Assembly (NCBI GenBank): GCA_037310415.1 | Contig: CP147780.1 | Location: 992,001-1,056,000, forward strand | From: Candidatus Atabeyarchaeum deiterrae | GTDB lineage: Archaea; Asgardarchaeota; Atabeyarchaeia; Atabeyarchaeales; Atabeyarchaeaceae | Direction of reading: 5' to 3' | DNA length: 64,000 bases | Shown here: one piece after another, positions 48,401 through 58,945 of the stretch | Numbering within the stretch: the first letter of the stretch is position 1 | Layout: the number at the start of each line of letters is the position of its first letter | Program-made: the position numbers and the translations under genes | The notes under the pieces: model-generated | Seen by the model: only the letters and a program-made list of their open reading frames with translations | The model's database searches: none | Told to the model about the DNA's origin: nothing

Positions 48401-49498
48401 ATGAAGGGAGTGTTAAAAATGGTGAAAGAGATACGTGTAGCCATAGTTGGCCTTGGAAACTGCGCATCCACTTTGGTTCAGGGCCTCACTTACTACAAGA
48501 ATGTTGGAAAGAATGATAGCGTCCCTGGGTTGATGCACAGCGAGCTTGGAGGATACAAGTTAAGCGATGTCAAGGTTGTTGCGGCTTTTGACGTTAACAA
48601 GTACAAGATAGGGCATGATATAAGCGAAGCCATCTTTGCCAATCCAAACGTTGCTGAACGCTTTGCTGAGGTAAAGAAGCTGGGAGTTCAAGTACAGGCT
48701 GGTCCCATTCTTGATGGCGTAGCTCCCCACATGTTCGATTCATTTCACGTATATGGTGATGGAGTCAAACCTGTCGATGCAGTTAAAGTGTTGAAAGATT
48801 CAGGCGCTGAAATACTCATCAACTATCTTCCAGTTGGAAGCAAAGATGCTACTAGGTTCTACGCCCAAGCATGCCTTGATTCTGGGTGCGCCATGGTGAA
48901 TTGCATCCCAGAGTTCATAACGTCTGATCCTGCTTGGGCAAACAAGTTCTTGGAGAAAAAGCTGCCAATAGCCGGTGACGACGTTAAGAGCCAAGTAGGG
49001 GCGACGATTATTCACAGGGCATTAGTGAACCTGATGATAGAGCGAGGCGCGCGGATAGAGGAGACGTATCAATTGAACGTGGGTGGGGATACCGACTTCG
49101 AGAACATGTTGGACGAAAACAGACTTGTCTCAAAGAGAATCAGCAAGACGCAGGCAGTCACAAGCCTTTCCGAGTACAGCTTCCCGACAAGAATTGGTCC
49201 ATCCGACTATGTGAGCTTCCTTGGAGACAAGAAGATTTGCTACATATACATTAAGGGGCGACTGTTCGGCGATAGACCAGTAACAATCGACCTCAAGTTG
49301 TCGGTCGAAGACTCACCTGACAGCGCAGGCGTGGTTGTGGATGTTGTCAGAGGAACCAAGGTGGCACTAGATCGAGGAATCGCTGGACCACTCGAAAGTA
49401 TATCTTCATATGCGTTCAAACACCCACCCGTGATGGTTCCTGACGCAGTCGCGAGACAGTGGTTCCAAGACTTCGTTGATGGGAAGAGAGAAAGATAA
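48401..49498 (+). CDS. ino1: myo-Inositol-1-phosphate synthase
   Basis: GLGNCAS, YLPVGS, GDDVKSQVGAT, QLNVGG, SKRISKT, GPSDYV, EDSPDSAG, FKHPP. Confidence 0.93.
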   Translation: MKGVLKMVKEIRVAIVGLGNCASTLVQGLTYYKNVGKNDSVPGLMHSELGGYKLSDVKVVAAFDVNKYKIGHDISEAIFANPNVAERFAEVKKLGVQVQAGPILDGVAPHMFDSFHVYGDGVKPVDAVKVLKDSGAEILINYLPVGSKDATRFYAQACLDSGCAMVNCIPEFITSDPAWANKFLEKKLPIAGDDVKSQVGATIIHRALVNLMIERGARIEETYQLNVGGDTDFENMLDENRLVSKRISKTQAVTSLSEYSFPTRIGPSDYVSFLGDKKICYIYIKGRLFGDRPVTIDLKLSVEDSPDSAGVVVDVVRGTKVALDRGIAGPLESISSYAFKHPPVMVPDAVARQWFQDFVDGKRER

Positions 49499-49794
49499 CG
49501 TCAACATTGCCAGATTTGAGTCACCGACTTCATTGTGTCTTAGAGAACGATTCCGATCGTTCTACCTGCCAGACCATGGAAGGGAGGAGACTATGAACCA
49601 TGCTCAGCAGTTTCGGATCTTTCTGCTCTTCTCCACCACTTCGGACTTTGACCGAATGAAAACTTCGCAATATTCCGATTCAGCTGAAGGCACGGAGGAG
49701 CAACTCTATTAAAGTCGCGGTCTCCGTACTTTATATTCAGCCAATATACAATACTTAGCCATAAATCATTTCATAATTGTCGGAGAGATGACCA

Positions 49795-50613
49795 TTGAGT
49801 GCAGGAAACGTAACTGAGAAGAGCATTCTGAAGTCAAAGCTGATCCTCATACCTATGGCGATAATGGTGTACTTGATCGCTGTCTATGCTATTCGGCCGT
49901 TCGTAGTCGAAGGATTTGCCTGGTTTATTCTTGACTTGAATTCCGTGGTTCTTGCGTTAGTTGCTGTCCTTGTGTTCGCTATTGTTGCCCATCGATTTGG
50001 ATGGCTTAAGACCAGACCAGGCCAGATATCTGTGATTCTCGTTATCGGGTTCATCCTTTGGACTTTGGCGGAGACATTCTGGTTATGGTACGAATCAGTT
50101 GGCTTGAATCCATTCCCCTCGATAGCAGATTTCTTCTATATTGCGGGATACTTCCCATTTGCCATCGCTTTATTGCTGAATATAAGAACAATTCATGTAA
50201 AATTCAAATTGCCAATACTAATTCTTTGGATCGCACTTTCTCTTATTGCATTTGCAGTCATAGCAATCATAGATGTTGCGCCAATTCTTCAAGGCGCGGT
50301 TAACCCGGAAGACATCATTGGTATAGTCTATCCCTTGGAAGACCTTGTGATTATTGTCCTTGCTTTGGTTATAGTGCTCAAGTTCCGAGCCGGGGAAATT
50401 GCAAAGGCTTGGGGTGTGCTGGTACTTGGTTTCATCCTGGAAGCGATAGGCGACATCTTGTTCTTGTACGAGCAGAATACTGGAATCTACCAGACTACCG
50501 GGCCCTATGACATAGTAGACCTCATTCTTAGCCTAGGGTACGTAGCTTTTATTGCAAGTGGACTGCTCTTTATCTCGACATTCGGTGCGCGAGGTGGACG
50601 CAAGAGTGCTTAG
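49795..50613 (+). CDS. Polytopic (about 8 TM) membrane protein resembling stand-alone membrane sensor domains
   Basis: W..AETFW, PFPSIADFFYIAGY, YP..D, W..L..G...IGD. Confidence 0.7.
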   Translation: MSAGNVTEKSILKSKLILIPMAIMVYLIAVYAIRPFVVEGFAWFILDLNSVVLALVAVLVFAIVAHRFGWLKTRPGQISVILVIGFILWTLAETFWLWYESVGLNPFPSIADFFYIAGYFPFAIALLLNIRTIHVKFKLPILILWIALSLIAFAVIAIIDVAPILQGAVNPEDIIGIVYPLEDLVIIVLALVIVLKFRAGEIAKAWGVLVLGFILEAIGDILFLYEQNTGIYQTTGPYDIVDLILSLGYVAFIASGLLFISTFGARGGRKSA

Positions 50614-51331
50614 GGGACTGCTAATCATCCACGAGAGTGGAGCTCCCATCTACTCTTTTTCTATGCAGAAGATGAGTGATGACCAGCAATTGCTGCTCTC
50701 AGGATTCCTGTCGGCCATAGAGTCTTTTGCTAGTGAGACATCCGTCTCCCCAGATGGTGGCTCAATTCACTCAATAGAATTGTCTCAGTTGCTGCTCACG
50801 TTTAGGATCCTCAATCTTCAGAATGATAAAGGTGGGCTGATCCAATACTATTTTGTGCTTATCTCGGATGTAGCGAAGAAGACTCTGCCCGACAATGAGT
50901 CACTTTTGGAGTACGTGATTCTGAACTTCTTGAGCTACAAGAACGGGGACTTTCGAAGGAAGATGAAGCAGACTGGTTACAAGAGAGAAGAGTTCTCGGA
51001 ATTCGACGAGTTCATGAAGAAGATTATGAACCAGGATTGGAATTCAATCAGGAAGAAGGTTAAGCCGGTACCTGGGTCTCTAGTTCAAGGTGTTCTCAAC
51101 GAGATTCGGGACTATATTCCTCTGGATCAGATATTACAACTGCATCCAAAGATAGTTCGTCTTGGTACGTCGTATGCTTTGCTGTCGGATGACCTTCCAG
51201 AGACTGAAGTAGAGGATTTGCTTGATAGAATAAGGCAGAAGCTCTCTCGACTTTTTGGGGAGGACCTTTACAATTCAATTGTAGATGAAGTCAAAAAACA
51301 GTTGAATGCACAGGTCGGAACGTCAGTATAG
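50606..51331 (+). CDS. Longin-like domain protein; GTG start overlapping the upstream gene (ORF open from 50552)
   Basis: LLIIHESGAPIYS and LLSGFLSAIESFASE, then IHSIEL; pattern of Asgard longin-like proteins. Confidence 0.6.
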   Translation: MLRGLLIIHESGAPIYSFSMQKMSDDQQLLLSGFLSAIESFASETSVSPDGGSIHSIELSQLLLTFRILNLQNDKGGLIQYYFVLISDVAKKTLPDNESLLEYVILNFLSYKNGDFRRKMKQTGYKREEFSEFDEFMKKIMNQDWNSIRKKVKPVPGSLVQGVLNEIRDYIPLDQILQLHPKIVRLGTSYALLSDDLPETEVEDLLDRIRQKLSRLFGEDLYNSIVDEVKKQLNAQVGTSV

Positions 51332-51440
51332 ACCAACGATTGTGTTCTTTTTCTCCACGATCGGGCGTTGGGTTGTCAAAAAAAGTAGGTTGTGGAGGTT
51401 AACTGCTTCTTGTATCTATTGAGTCCAAATTCTGTAGGTT

Positions 51441-51806
51441 CTAAGCGAGAGGCAATGCCCATCCGATCGAGGAGCCTGCGAGCACTAAGTGGAGTATGTA
51501 CAATACTATTTCGGCTATGAAAGCTATGATAATAGACTTGTCCCATGCGATGTCAATGAGTACATGTGCGAGTACTATGATTGCAGTATACGCAATTATT
51601 GCGAGTAAGCCGCCTAGATAGAATATGCTAGCAACGTATCCGAGCGCGTAGACTATGGGTATGGTAACCAAAGCAGTCAATAGTATCATAAGCAACTTAT
51701 CGCTACTCTTTCGTGCTCCAGCCACGATCCGAGTTGCCAACCAAAGAACAATGAATAGCACCAGAACCTGTATTAAGAACTCAACCCATCCTAATTCTCC
51801 AGCCAT
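51441..51806 (-). CDS. Small 4-TM membrane protein
   Basis: Four hydrophobic segments; ATG start. Confidence 0.65.
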   Translation of the reverse strand: MAGELGWVEFLIQVLVLFIVLWLATRIVAGARKSSDKLLMILLTALVTIPIVYALGYVASIFYLGGLLAIIAYTAIIVLAHVLIDIAWDKSIIIAFIAEIVLYILHLVLAGSSIGWALPLA

Positions 51807-51976
51807 TCTTCACACACCAGCTGTTTGAATTATCTTGTGGTTTCAAGCTACTTGATCTGAAGCGTTTGATAAGCTTTTTGTTTTAGGGTCACGACTCGCT
51901 CAAGATAGTTTCACACCGAATTGACTCTTCCTTTTTGCTGGAATATTCTGTTTGGTGCATCTTGACTCTCATTTGG

Positions 51977-52921
51977 CTAGAAGGTTCGGATATCAGGTAA
52001 AAGGGAGTCGACACTGTCGATTTTCTTTGACAGATCTGTGTCAATATATGCTCTCTTCCAATCTGGTCTGCCATATTTTGCCGAGAATACAGTAAGTACG
52101 CTTTTTGAGACGACCGTGTAACCCGCCCCATCGTTGCACTCATGCGCTCTGATCAGGACTTTTGCGCCAATTCGTTTCAGGAAGCTCTCAGCGGCATCTT
52201 CACCAAAGTACCGTATCTTGGCGAGTCCGAGGGGATCCCTTCCGTAGTTTTGTTGAAATCCGTGTATCTCGGGCCGTGGATCATTCCAGAGCAGTTGTTC
52301 CAAGTCTTCGCTTTCAAGGTTTGCGACTTGCTCAAGGGCAGATACGTTTTCTGGTATGCCGCCATGTACAGCAAAGATTCCATTAGCAGTGAGAACAGCG
52401 TGTGGGAATTCTGCAAAAAGTCTGTTGCACAATGCGTAGATTTCGTTGCCCACGTGAGGATATTTGCTCATGACTTCATCTATGAAGCCATAGCGCGAGT
52501 TGACGTCGGGCAACTCATGGTTGCCTCTAAGCATGATCACGCTTACTTTATGTTGGATTTTCAATCTGAAAATTCTTATCAAGACTTCCACAGATTTTGT
52601 TCCTCTATCAACGAGGTCACCTAGGAATACGAGGTATTTTCTCTTAGAGTCTGACGTCTTTACGGCAGATCCTGTCCGACGTAGTACTTCATCTACACTT
52701 TCGAGTTCACCATGAATATCCCCGACAAACACTACTCTACCATGTGCAGGCAGTTTGATAAGTCTGTTATCAACTATAGCCTCAGCGCCGAGCCTGCCTC
52801 GCTCTCGCTCCTCATGAAGAGTCTTCATAACCTTTACTATCAATTCCTCAAATTCATCTGATGACACAAGAACCATTCCCAACCTGCTCTCCCAATCTTG
52901 TCCAAGCTCAGAGCCGTTCAT
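51977..52921 (-). CDS. PPP-family Ser/Thr protein phosphatase
   Basis: GDIHG, GDLVDRG, LRGNHE, VHGG, LLWNDP, IRAHE, TVFSA. Confidence 0.9.
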   Translation of the reverse strand: MNGSELGQDWESRLGMVLVSSDEFEELIVKVMKTLHEERERGRLGAEAIVDNRLIKLPAHGRVVFVGDIHGELESVDEVLRRTGSAVKTSDSKRKYLVFLGDLVDRGTKSVEVLIRIFRLKIQHKVSVIMLRGNHELPDVNSRYGFIDEVMSKYPHVGNEIYALCNRLFAEFPHAVLTANGIFAVHGGIPENVSALEQVANLESEDLEQLLWNDPRPEIHGFQQNYGRDPLGLAKIRYFGEDAAESFLKRIGAKVLIRAHECNDGAGYTVVSKSVLTVFSAKYGRPDWKRAYIDTDLSKKIDSVDSLLPDIRTF

Positions 52922-53152
52922 GACCAGCGTACAAATTCGACGCCGAGCTGTCTTGTCTCCTGTACTGAAGGTGTTAGAAAATCGTGCTTAAATACGAATG
53001 CGTGACCAGTCGCATTAAGTTCCGGGACATAATCAGCTCGATTGCAGCAGACGGAATGGCCAATAAGCAGAAGAAAATGTAGAACTTGAAATGATTGGAG
53101 GTCTTGAGGCGAATCAAGAATCTTCCCTCCCTATCGTTTTCCTCCCTTCTGT

Positions 53153-54010
53153 TCAGAGGCACCATTCGCAAATACCCTGACTTGTAACACAGTGGTTGCA
53201 CCCATTCTTGCCACATTTCCTGCAAGTTATGCTTGTGGCACAGTTCCTGCAGTAGACTTCTTCCTCAACCTCGCAGAATATCGCGTCGTCCATGCAAACC
53301 TGTGTTCCGCAAACCTTGCAGCCGAAAACATCGGTCACCCTATTACAGATCTCACATCTGGCTCTACCGGTGGAAGGATTCTCCTTAGCGAAGGACGACA
53401 ATGTCATAAGTTTAGCGGTCCCATTCAGGAGCAGACCAACGGCTTTGACGTAGCCATCTGTATTCAAGTTCGTTCTGATCGCGTAGTCTTCATTTTCTTT
53501 CTTCACTGTCTCAAGAAGTTGCTTTTCACTCACTCCAAGATCGGTTACAAGTTTCGGAGACAATAGGGATTTAGAGAAAAGGAACCATCTAGTCTTTGAC
53601 CTCCAAGCTACGAGCAGGTCGTCAAGATTCAGCGCATCTACAAGCCAGGACTGCCTCTCAACTCTTGCCTTTGATATCAGGAGAGGATCATGCCTGCTCT
53701 TACACTCTACTGCCCATCGTTTGTTGCCAGATAAGAGGAGGTAATCGAACACGTCTCCACGATCGATTATTTGTGTCTTGGCTAAATGCGGGGACAACTT
53801 CAGGCACAGAAAACCCTGTTCATGCATCACTTTCGCGAACTCAGATTCCCACTCGAATCCAACTAGAAACGTCTTAGTAAACATTGTTAGGTCATCCAAG
53901 TTCAAAGTCACATTGGTATCTTTGAAGTAACGGACTAGGCGGTAGAGCAAGTCTAGGAGCAAGTACTCCTCTTCTCGCGGGACTCTAGATACCAAAGTCT
54001 CAGACCACAC
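53153..54010 (-). CDS. PD-(D/E)xK nuclease-like protein with Cys-rich C-terminal zinc-binding region
   Basis: WESEFA..FDYLL..AVECKS; C-terminal CEIC, CKVC, CRNC, CRKC, CNHC, CEWC. Confidence 0.6.
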   Translation of the reverse strand: MWSETLVSRVPREEEYLLLDLLYRLVRYFKDTNVTLNLDDLTMFTKTFLVGFEWESEFAKVMHEQGFLCLKLSPHLAKTQIIDRGDVFDYLLLSGNKRWAVECKSRHDPLLISKARVERQSWLVDALNLDDLLVAWRSKTRWFLFSKSLLSPKLVTDLGVSEKQLLETVKKENEDYAIRTNLNTDGYVKAVGLLLNGTAKLMTLSSFAKENPSTGRARCEICNRVTDVFGCKVCGTQVCMDDAIFCEVEEEVYCRNCATSITCRKCGKNGCNHCVTSQGICEWCL

Positions 54011-54315
54011 ATCAGTTATACTAATAAACCCAACTTGTTCGGATTATCCAACTCCCATGCTCCGAGCAGTTGAGCACACAACATTTTTCAGTTCCTGTCT
54101 GATAAGTATTTCTCATTATAGTAGAAAATAAATGATTGCGGTATTAAAACTAATGTTTTCCTGCCGAGAAAAGGAGTCCACATATAGCAAACGATATAGC
54201 GAATCATTTCCTAGTTCATCTCAGAACTCGTTTGACCATCTAGCTTTTTCTTCCGATGGCTTGTTCTCTCTGATCTCTCCCATAGAGAACAGAACTGGTA
54301 CGCTTATTAGTTTCA

Positions 54316-57300
54316 ATGATTAGATGTACCCTCACTGTATGTAGAAACAAAGACTTGGAAGGTTTGAGGACTTTGGCAGAGAAACCTGCACTGACTCAGA
54401 TGCTTAAGGCAAATGCTGGCCTCAGCGACCAATCGGCAAGCGTGTATAAGTATATTCTGATGGTAGGATCCCTTACCGTCGGAGAGGTCTGCGAATATAC
54501 TGGCTTTGACTATCAAACAGCTTCTAAAGCACTAAAAGAGCTGACCGAAGGAAAGCTGATTCGGAAACTCACGCACGTAGTGGAGCGATACGTCGCCGTA
54601 GCGCCTTACAAGGCTTTTGCGGAGCGTCTAGTTGAGTTTCAGAGGACAATGAAGCAAGTAGAAGAGAACGCAAGGAAAACTACCGAGTCGACTCTCGCAG
54701 AAATCTCCAGGGTCAATGAGGAATGGAAAAAGAGCGCAAACAAAATGAAAGAGGACCAAGTGAGCCAGGCAAAGCGCGAAATCGCAACTCTCAAAGACGA
54801 AGCCGAGAACACTCGCAGCAGTCTCATGGAGAAACTGAAGCAGGAAACAGAGACAAAGAAGACAAGCGTCAGCGAAATGCTCAAGAGCCATATGGATGAA
54901 CATGCTTCAAGAGTTACAGAAACGAAAAAAGATATTGCAGTCAGAATGGATAATTCTGTGGCGAAGTTTGATGAGGTCGCCACAAAACTCAAAGAGGAAG
55001 CCACTCAAACAACTTCGAGATACATCACCAGTCTCGATGTAAAGATACAGTTGTTTATCAAAGCAGTGAAAGACAACCTGACCGTGTTCCAGTCAGGGTT
55101 TTCCTCCCTTATTGAAGATCTTCAAGGGGAGACTTCCACGTTTCTTGATGATTCCAGCTCGAAGATAGACCAACTCGTGGCAGACGTGAAGACCGGCGCT
55201 GACAAGTTGATGCGTGAAGCTGATCAATCCTACCTTCAACTCCTAACACAGCTGAAGAGAACCATATCAGAAAACGTCGAATCAACAACTGGAGCGGTCT
55301 CCACAGAGAACAACCAACTACAGTCAGATTTAGCGAATGGGCTTCGAATATACGGAGAAAAAGCCGCCGAATCAATTGACAACTTCCAGAAGAAAACAAG
55401 GGAAGCAATAGAAGGATGGAAATCCCTTCACAGAGACGAGTTAGGAAACCGATTCACAGCTCTAAAAGAGGTGACTGACAAGCATCTTGAGGATCTCGGT
55501 CAGAAACTGGAGTTGACAAGAGAGCAGATGCCTGAAACCCTGAACGCCTATTCGACAAGTGCGATTAGAGTCTCAGGCGAATTCAGCTCCAATATTAGTG
55601 TGATGATCGATTCCCTAAAGAATGACTTCTTCTCGGGGACAACTCCAGTCGGCGATGAGTTGCAAAGGTCGTGTGACGCTGTTGGGAAAGACTGTTCTTC
55701 ACTTGCTTCCGTGATGGAATCTCTGTCAAAAAAGAATGTGCCTCTGGCTTCGAAGGCTATTTCGGATTTTACTTCTGATCTTAGTAGCAGACTGTCAAAA
55801 ACCATGGCGCGCGCCGTTGAGAATGCCAAATCTTATGCTCAGGAAGCAAAACAAGATGTCTTGAAGGCGATCTCAACCGCTGAAAAAGGAAGGCAACTCT
55901 CAGGCGACGGTACGGCCAGAGCAGAAACTCTGAAGAAAGAGATATCTGGTATGATAGATGACGCTGTGAAGACTTACATCGAGGGTGCAAAGAAAAATGT
56001 CGAAGACCTGGAGAAACTGACTTCTGAAAGAATATCAAGCATCGCAAAATTCGAGGAAGAACTGGAAAAGAAATGGGGAAGCATCACTCCCATACTTGGG
56101 AGAATCGCCGATCTAGCTGATAGCATCAGATCATTTCCCCAAAGAATCGGCAAAGTCACCAGTGAACTGGTCAAACAATATGGCAAGAAGGCAGATTCCG
56201 CTGTATCATCGATGAAGAGAATGCTCAACGTTCACTCAACCCAACTCGGAGACGCGGTAACAAACACGCTCAAAAAATGGAATGCCACACTTGAAAAAAC
56301 TAAGAAAGAGTTGGGGGATCTATCTTCAAGAAGACAAAGGGAACTAGAAGAACTCTTCTCTCAACATATTAGCGCCGCAGAAAAGATTACAGATGACCGA
56401 ATCAAAGAGCTGGCAGACTTGGTATTCACGAGAATCGAAGCCTTCAAGGCGGAGAATTCAAACGCGCAGGCAAACATATCTAAGTACGTTGCTTCGAACA
56501 TGGACAAAAGCAGAACATCATTCAAGAATCTTGAGAGCAATTTGAAGAATGCCCTTGATTCAAGTGGAGTATCTTTCAAGACGGTTGTCGAGTCGAAATG
56601 CACCGAAAACGAACAACTGTCTGCAACCATCATTGATCAGATCACAAAGACTACAACGAGCCTTAAAGAAAGGTTTGAATCGATCGCCAAGGAAGGAAAG
56701 GAGCAAATCAAACAAGTATGTGAGGACACCGTGTCAAGGCTGAGTGAATCAGCCTCGGAAAGTAGCAAGGAGTTACATGACATCGTATCATCATTAACCG
56801 GTTCTTTCAATGGAATAGTCGATACAGCAAATGAAAGTTACAGGAACGAATGTGTAACGACTAAAACGATTGTGGTCAACCTTCTCTCGCAACACCTCAA
56901 GGACTACACTGAAGCCGTAAACAAGGTCATCAATGAAGTGAATCTTATGCTCTCAGAGCACTTCGAGGACTGCAACCAAGTAACAAGCGAGTTCAACAGG
57001 AAACTAGGTGAAATGCTGACTTCGCATCAGAACAAATTCGAGGAATCATCGAGCAAGATGGTTGCAGAATTGACAAATTGCATAGACCGCGATGAGACTA
57101 CGGTAAAGGGCAACTCAAACAGAATGCTTAAGGAGTTCACCGACAACACAACAAAGGTTGGCAAAGAAGCAAACTCAATTGAGACGGTCATGAGGACAGC
57201 ATGGGTAGAGATAACAGACACTCAGCAGATCAACGCTGACAAGACATGGCACTATGTAACAAAACAAGCAATACTAAACCATTTGAAAGACATGGTAAGA

Positions 57301-57666
57301 AGATCCAAGTCGACTGTCACGATTGTGGTGCCGACTTTGGAGGAAGCGCCGTTGGATGAAATCAAAGCTATAAGCAAAGCAATAAGAATCAATATAGTTG
57401 CTGGAGTTGACGAGACACTGCAGAAGAAGCTACTCCAGGATCTACTTACGCAAGGCAACATAAGAATATGGTCTCTTACCGAAAAAGCATATATAAGTTG
57501 CACGAGGGACGCCGAAGAAGTGCTTGTCGCTCCTGTCGCACGAAAAGACACTGACTGTGTAGCAACTGTAAGCGTGGAGGAAAACTACGTCAAGCTCTAT
57601 CACAAATTCATAGGACCAATGTGGATGGCATCCTCAAGAGAGATAAAAGAGAGAGCGTTGAGGTGA
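54316..57666 (+). CDS. TrmB-like protein: N-terminal winged HTH, about 870-aa helical insert, C-terminal TrmB/PLD-like domain
   Basis: GLSDQSASVY...LTVGEVCEYTG...SKALKELTEGKLI...YVAVAP; C-terminal WHYVTKQAILNHLKDMVRRSKSTVTIVVP...RDAEEVLVAP. Confidence 0.72.
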   Translation: MIRCTLTVCRNKDLEGLRTLAEKPALTQMLKANAGLSDQSASVYKYILMVGSLTVGEVCEYTGFDYQTASKALKELTEGKLIRKLTHVVERYVAVAPYKAFAERLVEFQRTMKQVEENARKTTESTLAEISRVNEEWKKSANKMKEDQVSQAKREIATLKDEAENTRSSLMEKLKQETETKKTSVSEMLKSHMDEHASRVTETKKDIAVRMDNSVAKFDEVATKLKEEATQTTSRYITSLDVKIQLFIKAVKDNLTVFQSGFSSLIEDLQGETSTFLDDSSSKIDQLVADVKTGADKLMREADQSYLQLLTQLKRTISENVESTTGAVSTENNQLQSDLANGLRIYGEKAAESIDNFQKKTREAIEGWKSLHRDELGNRFTALKEVTDKHLEDLGQKLELTREQMPETLNAYSTSAIRVSGEFSSNISVMIDSLKNDFFSGTTPVGDELQRSCDAVGKDCSSLASVMESLSKKNVPLASKAISDFTSDLSSRLSKTMARAVENAKSYAQEAKQDVLKAISTAEKGRQLSGDGTARAETLKKEISGMIDDAVKTYIEGAKKNVEDLEKLTSERISSIAKFEEELEKKWGSITPILGRIADLADSIRSFPQRIGKVTSELVKQYGKKADSAVSSMKRMLNVHSTQLGDAVTNTLKKWNATLEKTKKELGDLSSRRQRELEELFSQHISAAEKITDDRIKELADLVFTRIEAFKAENSNAQANISKYVASNMDKSRTSFKNLESNLKNALDSSGVSFKTVVESKCTENEQLSATIIDQITKTTTSLKERFESIAKEGKEQIKQVCEDTVSRLSESASESSKELHDIVSSLTGSFNGIVDTANESYRNECVTTKTIVVNLLSQHLKDYTEAVNKVINEVNLMLSEHFEDCNQVTSEFNRKLGEMLTSHQNKFEESSSKMVAELTNCIDRDETTVKGNSNRMLKEFTDNTTKVGKEANSIETVMRTAWVEITDTQQINADKTWHYVTKQAILNHLKDMVRRSKSTVTIVVPTLEEAPLDEIKAISKAIRINIVAGVDETLQKKLLQDLLTQGNIRIWSLTEKAYISCTRDAEEVLVAPVARKDTDCVATVSVEENYVKLYHKFIGPMWMASSREIKERALR

Positions 57667-57676
57667 TTCTACAGAC

Positions 57677-58882
57677 ATGTCAGATCTTGATTACGAACTA
57701 GGACTACTTGAGAAACTCGTGTCTTTGGATACGGATTCAAATGAAAAAAGGAACTATGAGGAGTGTAGCAGACTAATATCAGGCGAAGCCAAAAGCGCAG
57801 GTCTGAAGGCCGAGATATTAGATGGAATTGAGGTTTTAAAGGATGATAAGCGACCTAGACCGAACGTAATTGTCGACCTAGATAAGAACTCGGATACTAC
57901 GCTCCTGCTTGTCACTCACTTTGATATTGTCCCCCCAGGAGGGGAATGGACTCATGACCCATTCAAACTTACAATCGAAAATGATAAAGCGTATGGCAGA
58001 GGAGCCAGCGACGACAAAGGCGCAATAGTCTCTTGCCTAGGTGCTCTCTCCAAACTTGCAGACGATAAGACGGCTGACGTAAACGTCAAGCTAATCATAA
58101 CGTGTGATGAGGAAGTTGGAGGAGAAGCCGGCATAGAATACCTCACTGACAGAGTCAAAATCAGAGGAGACGCAGCGCTAGTTGTTGATAGCGGACCTGA
58201 ATACGTGAGTTGTGGAGCAAGCGGAGTGATCTGGGGAAAGATAAAGGTAAAGGGTAAACAGGGTCATGCTGGATATCCGCACAGAGCAGTAAACGCAATT
58301 GAAGAAGCATTAAGGATGCTGTCCTCAATCCAGGACTACAAGAAGAAATTGGCGTCTGAGAAATCGAAGCTCAGAGCGCCACCTGACAGCCCTGAGAAGA
58401 ATGTCTGGCGGCGACTAACAGTTACAATGATACACGCAGGTGAGAAGGAGAACATTATCCCGGGTGAATGTGAGATCCGTTTCGATTTACGTGCGTTACC
58501 AGATGAGGATTTCAACATCATTAAAGGCAACACCGAGAGATTCATCACAAACGAAATTCGCAAGAAAGGTCTCGACGCTGAGTTTCAGATTGTACACTCC
58601 ATGTCTGGCTACTACACGGATCCAAATCATCCGTTACTGAGATCATTAGTTGAGGCTACTAGGAAAGTTTCGGGTCACGAGCTTCCTGTGGCGGCAGATC
58701 TTGGTGGCAATGATGGCACGTTCTTAGCTCGGGTCGGCGTGCCAGTCGCATGCTTCGGTCCTCTCCGGGAAGGAACCAACTACCATGGCAAAGATGAGTT
58801 TGTCTATCCAGCAGACATAGCATTCGCTCGTGATGTGATTGTGAAGCTATGCCAAGAAGGCAGAAGCAAGTTGAAAAGGTAG
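57677..58882 (+). CDS. M20-family metallopeptidase/deacylase (ArgE/DapE-like)
   Basis: THFDIVP, GRGASDDKG, DEEVGG, GKQGHAG, NYHGKDE. Confidence 0.88.
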   Translation: MSDLDYELGLLEKLVSLDTDSNEKRNYEECSRLISGEAKSAGLKAEILDGIEVLKDDKRPRPNVIVDLDKNSDTTLLLVTHFDIVPPGGEWTHDPFKLTIENDKAYGRGASDDKGAIVSCLGALSKLADDKTADVNVKLIITCDEEVGGEAGIEYLTDRVKIRGDAALVVDSGPEYVSCGASGVIWGKIKVKGKQGHAGYPHRAVNAIEEALRMLSSIQDYKKKLASEKSKLRAPPDSPEKNVWRRLTVTMIHAGEKENIIPGECEIRFDLRALPDEDFNIIKGNTERFITNEIRKKGLDAEFQIVHSMSGYYTDPNHPLLRSLVEATRKVSGHELPVAADLGGNDGTFLARVGVPVACFGPLREGTNYHGKDEFVYPADIAFARDVIVKLCQEGRSKLKR

Positions 58883-58945
58883 GCAGGCTCTGCCGAGCCA
58901 ATGGTGATAATTGTAACTTTTCCTGTTATACCTCTGCACGCCTCA

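Noticed and set aside
54316-57666. SMC/Rad50 or chemoreceptor annotation for the long helical protein
   Set aside because: No Walker A/B, signature motif, hinge or MCP hairpin motif
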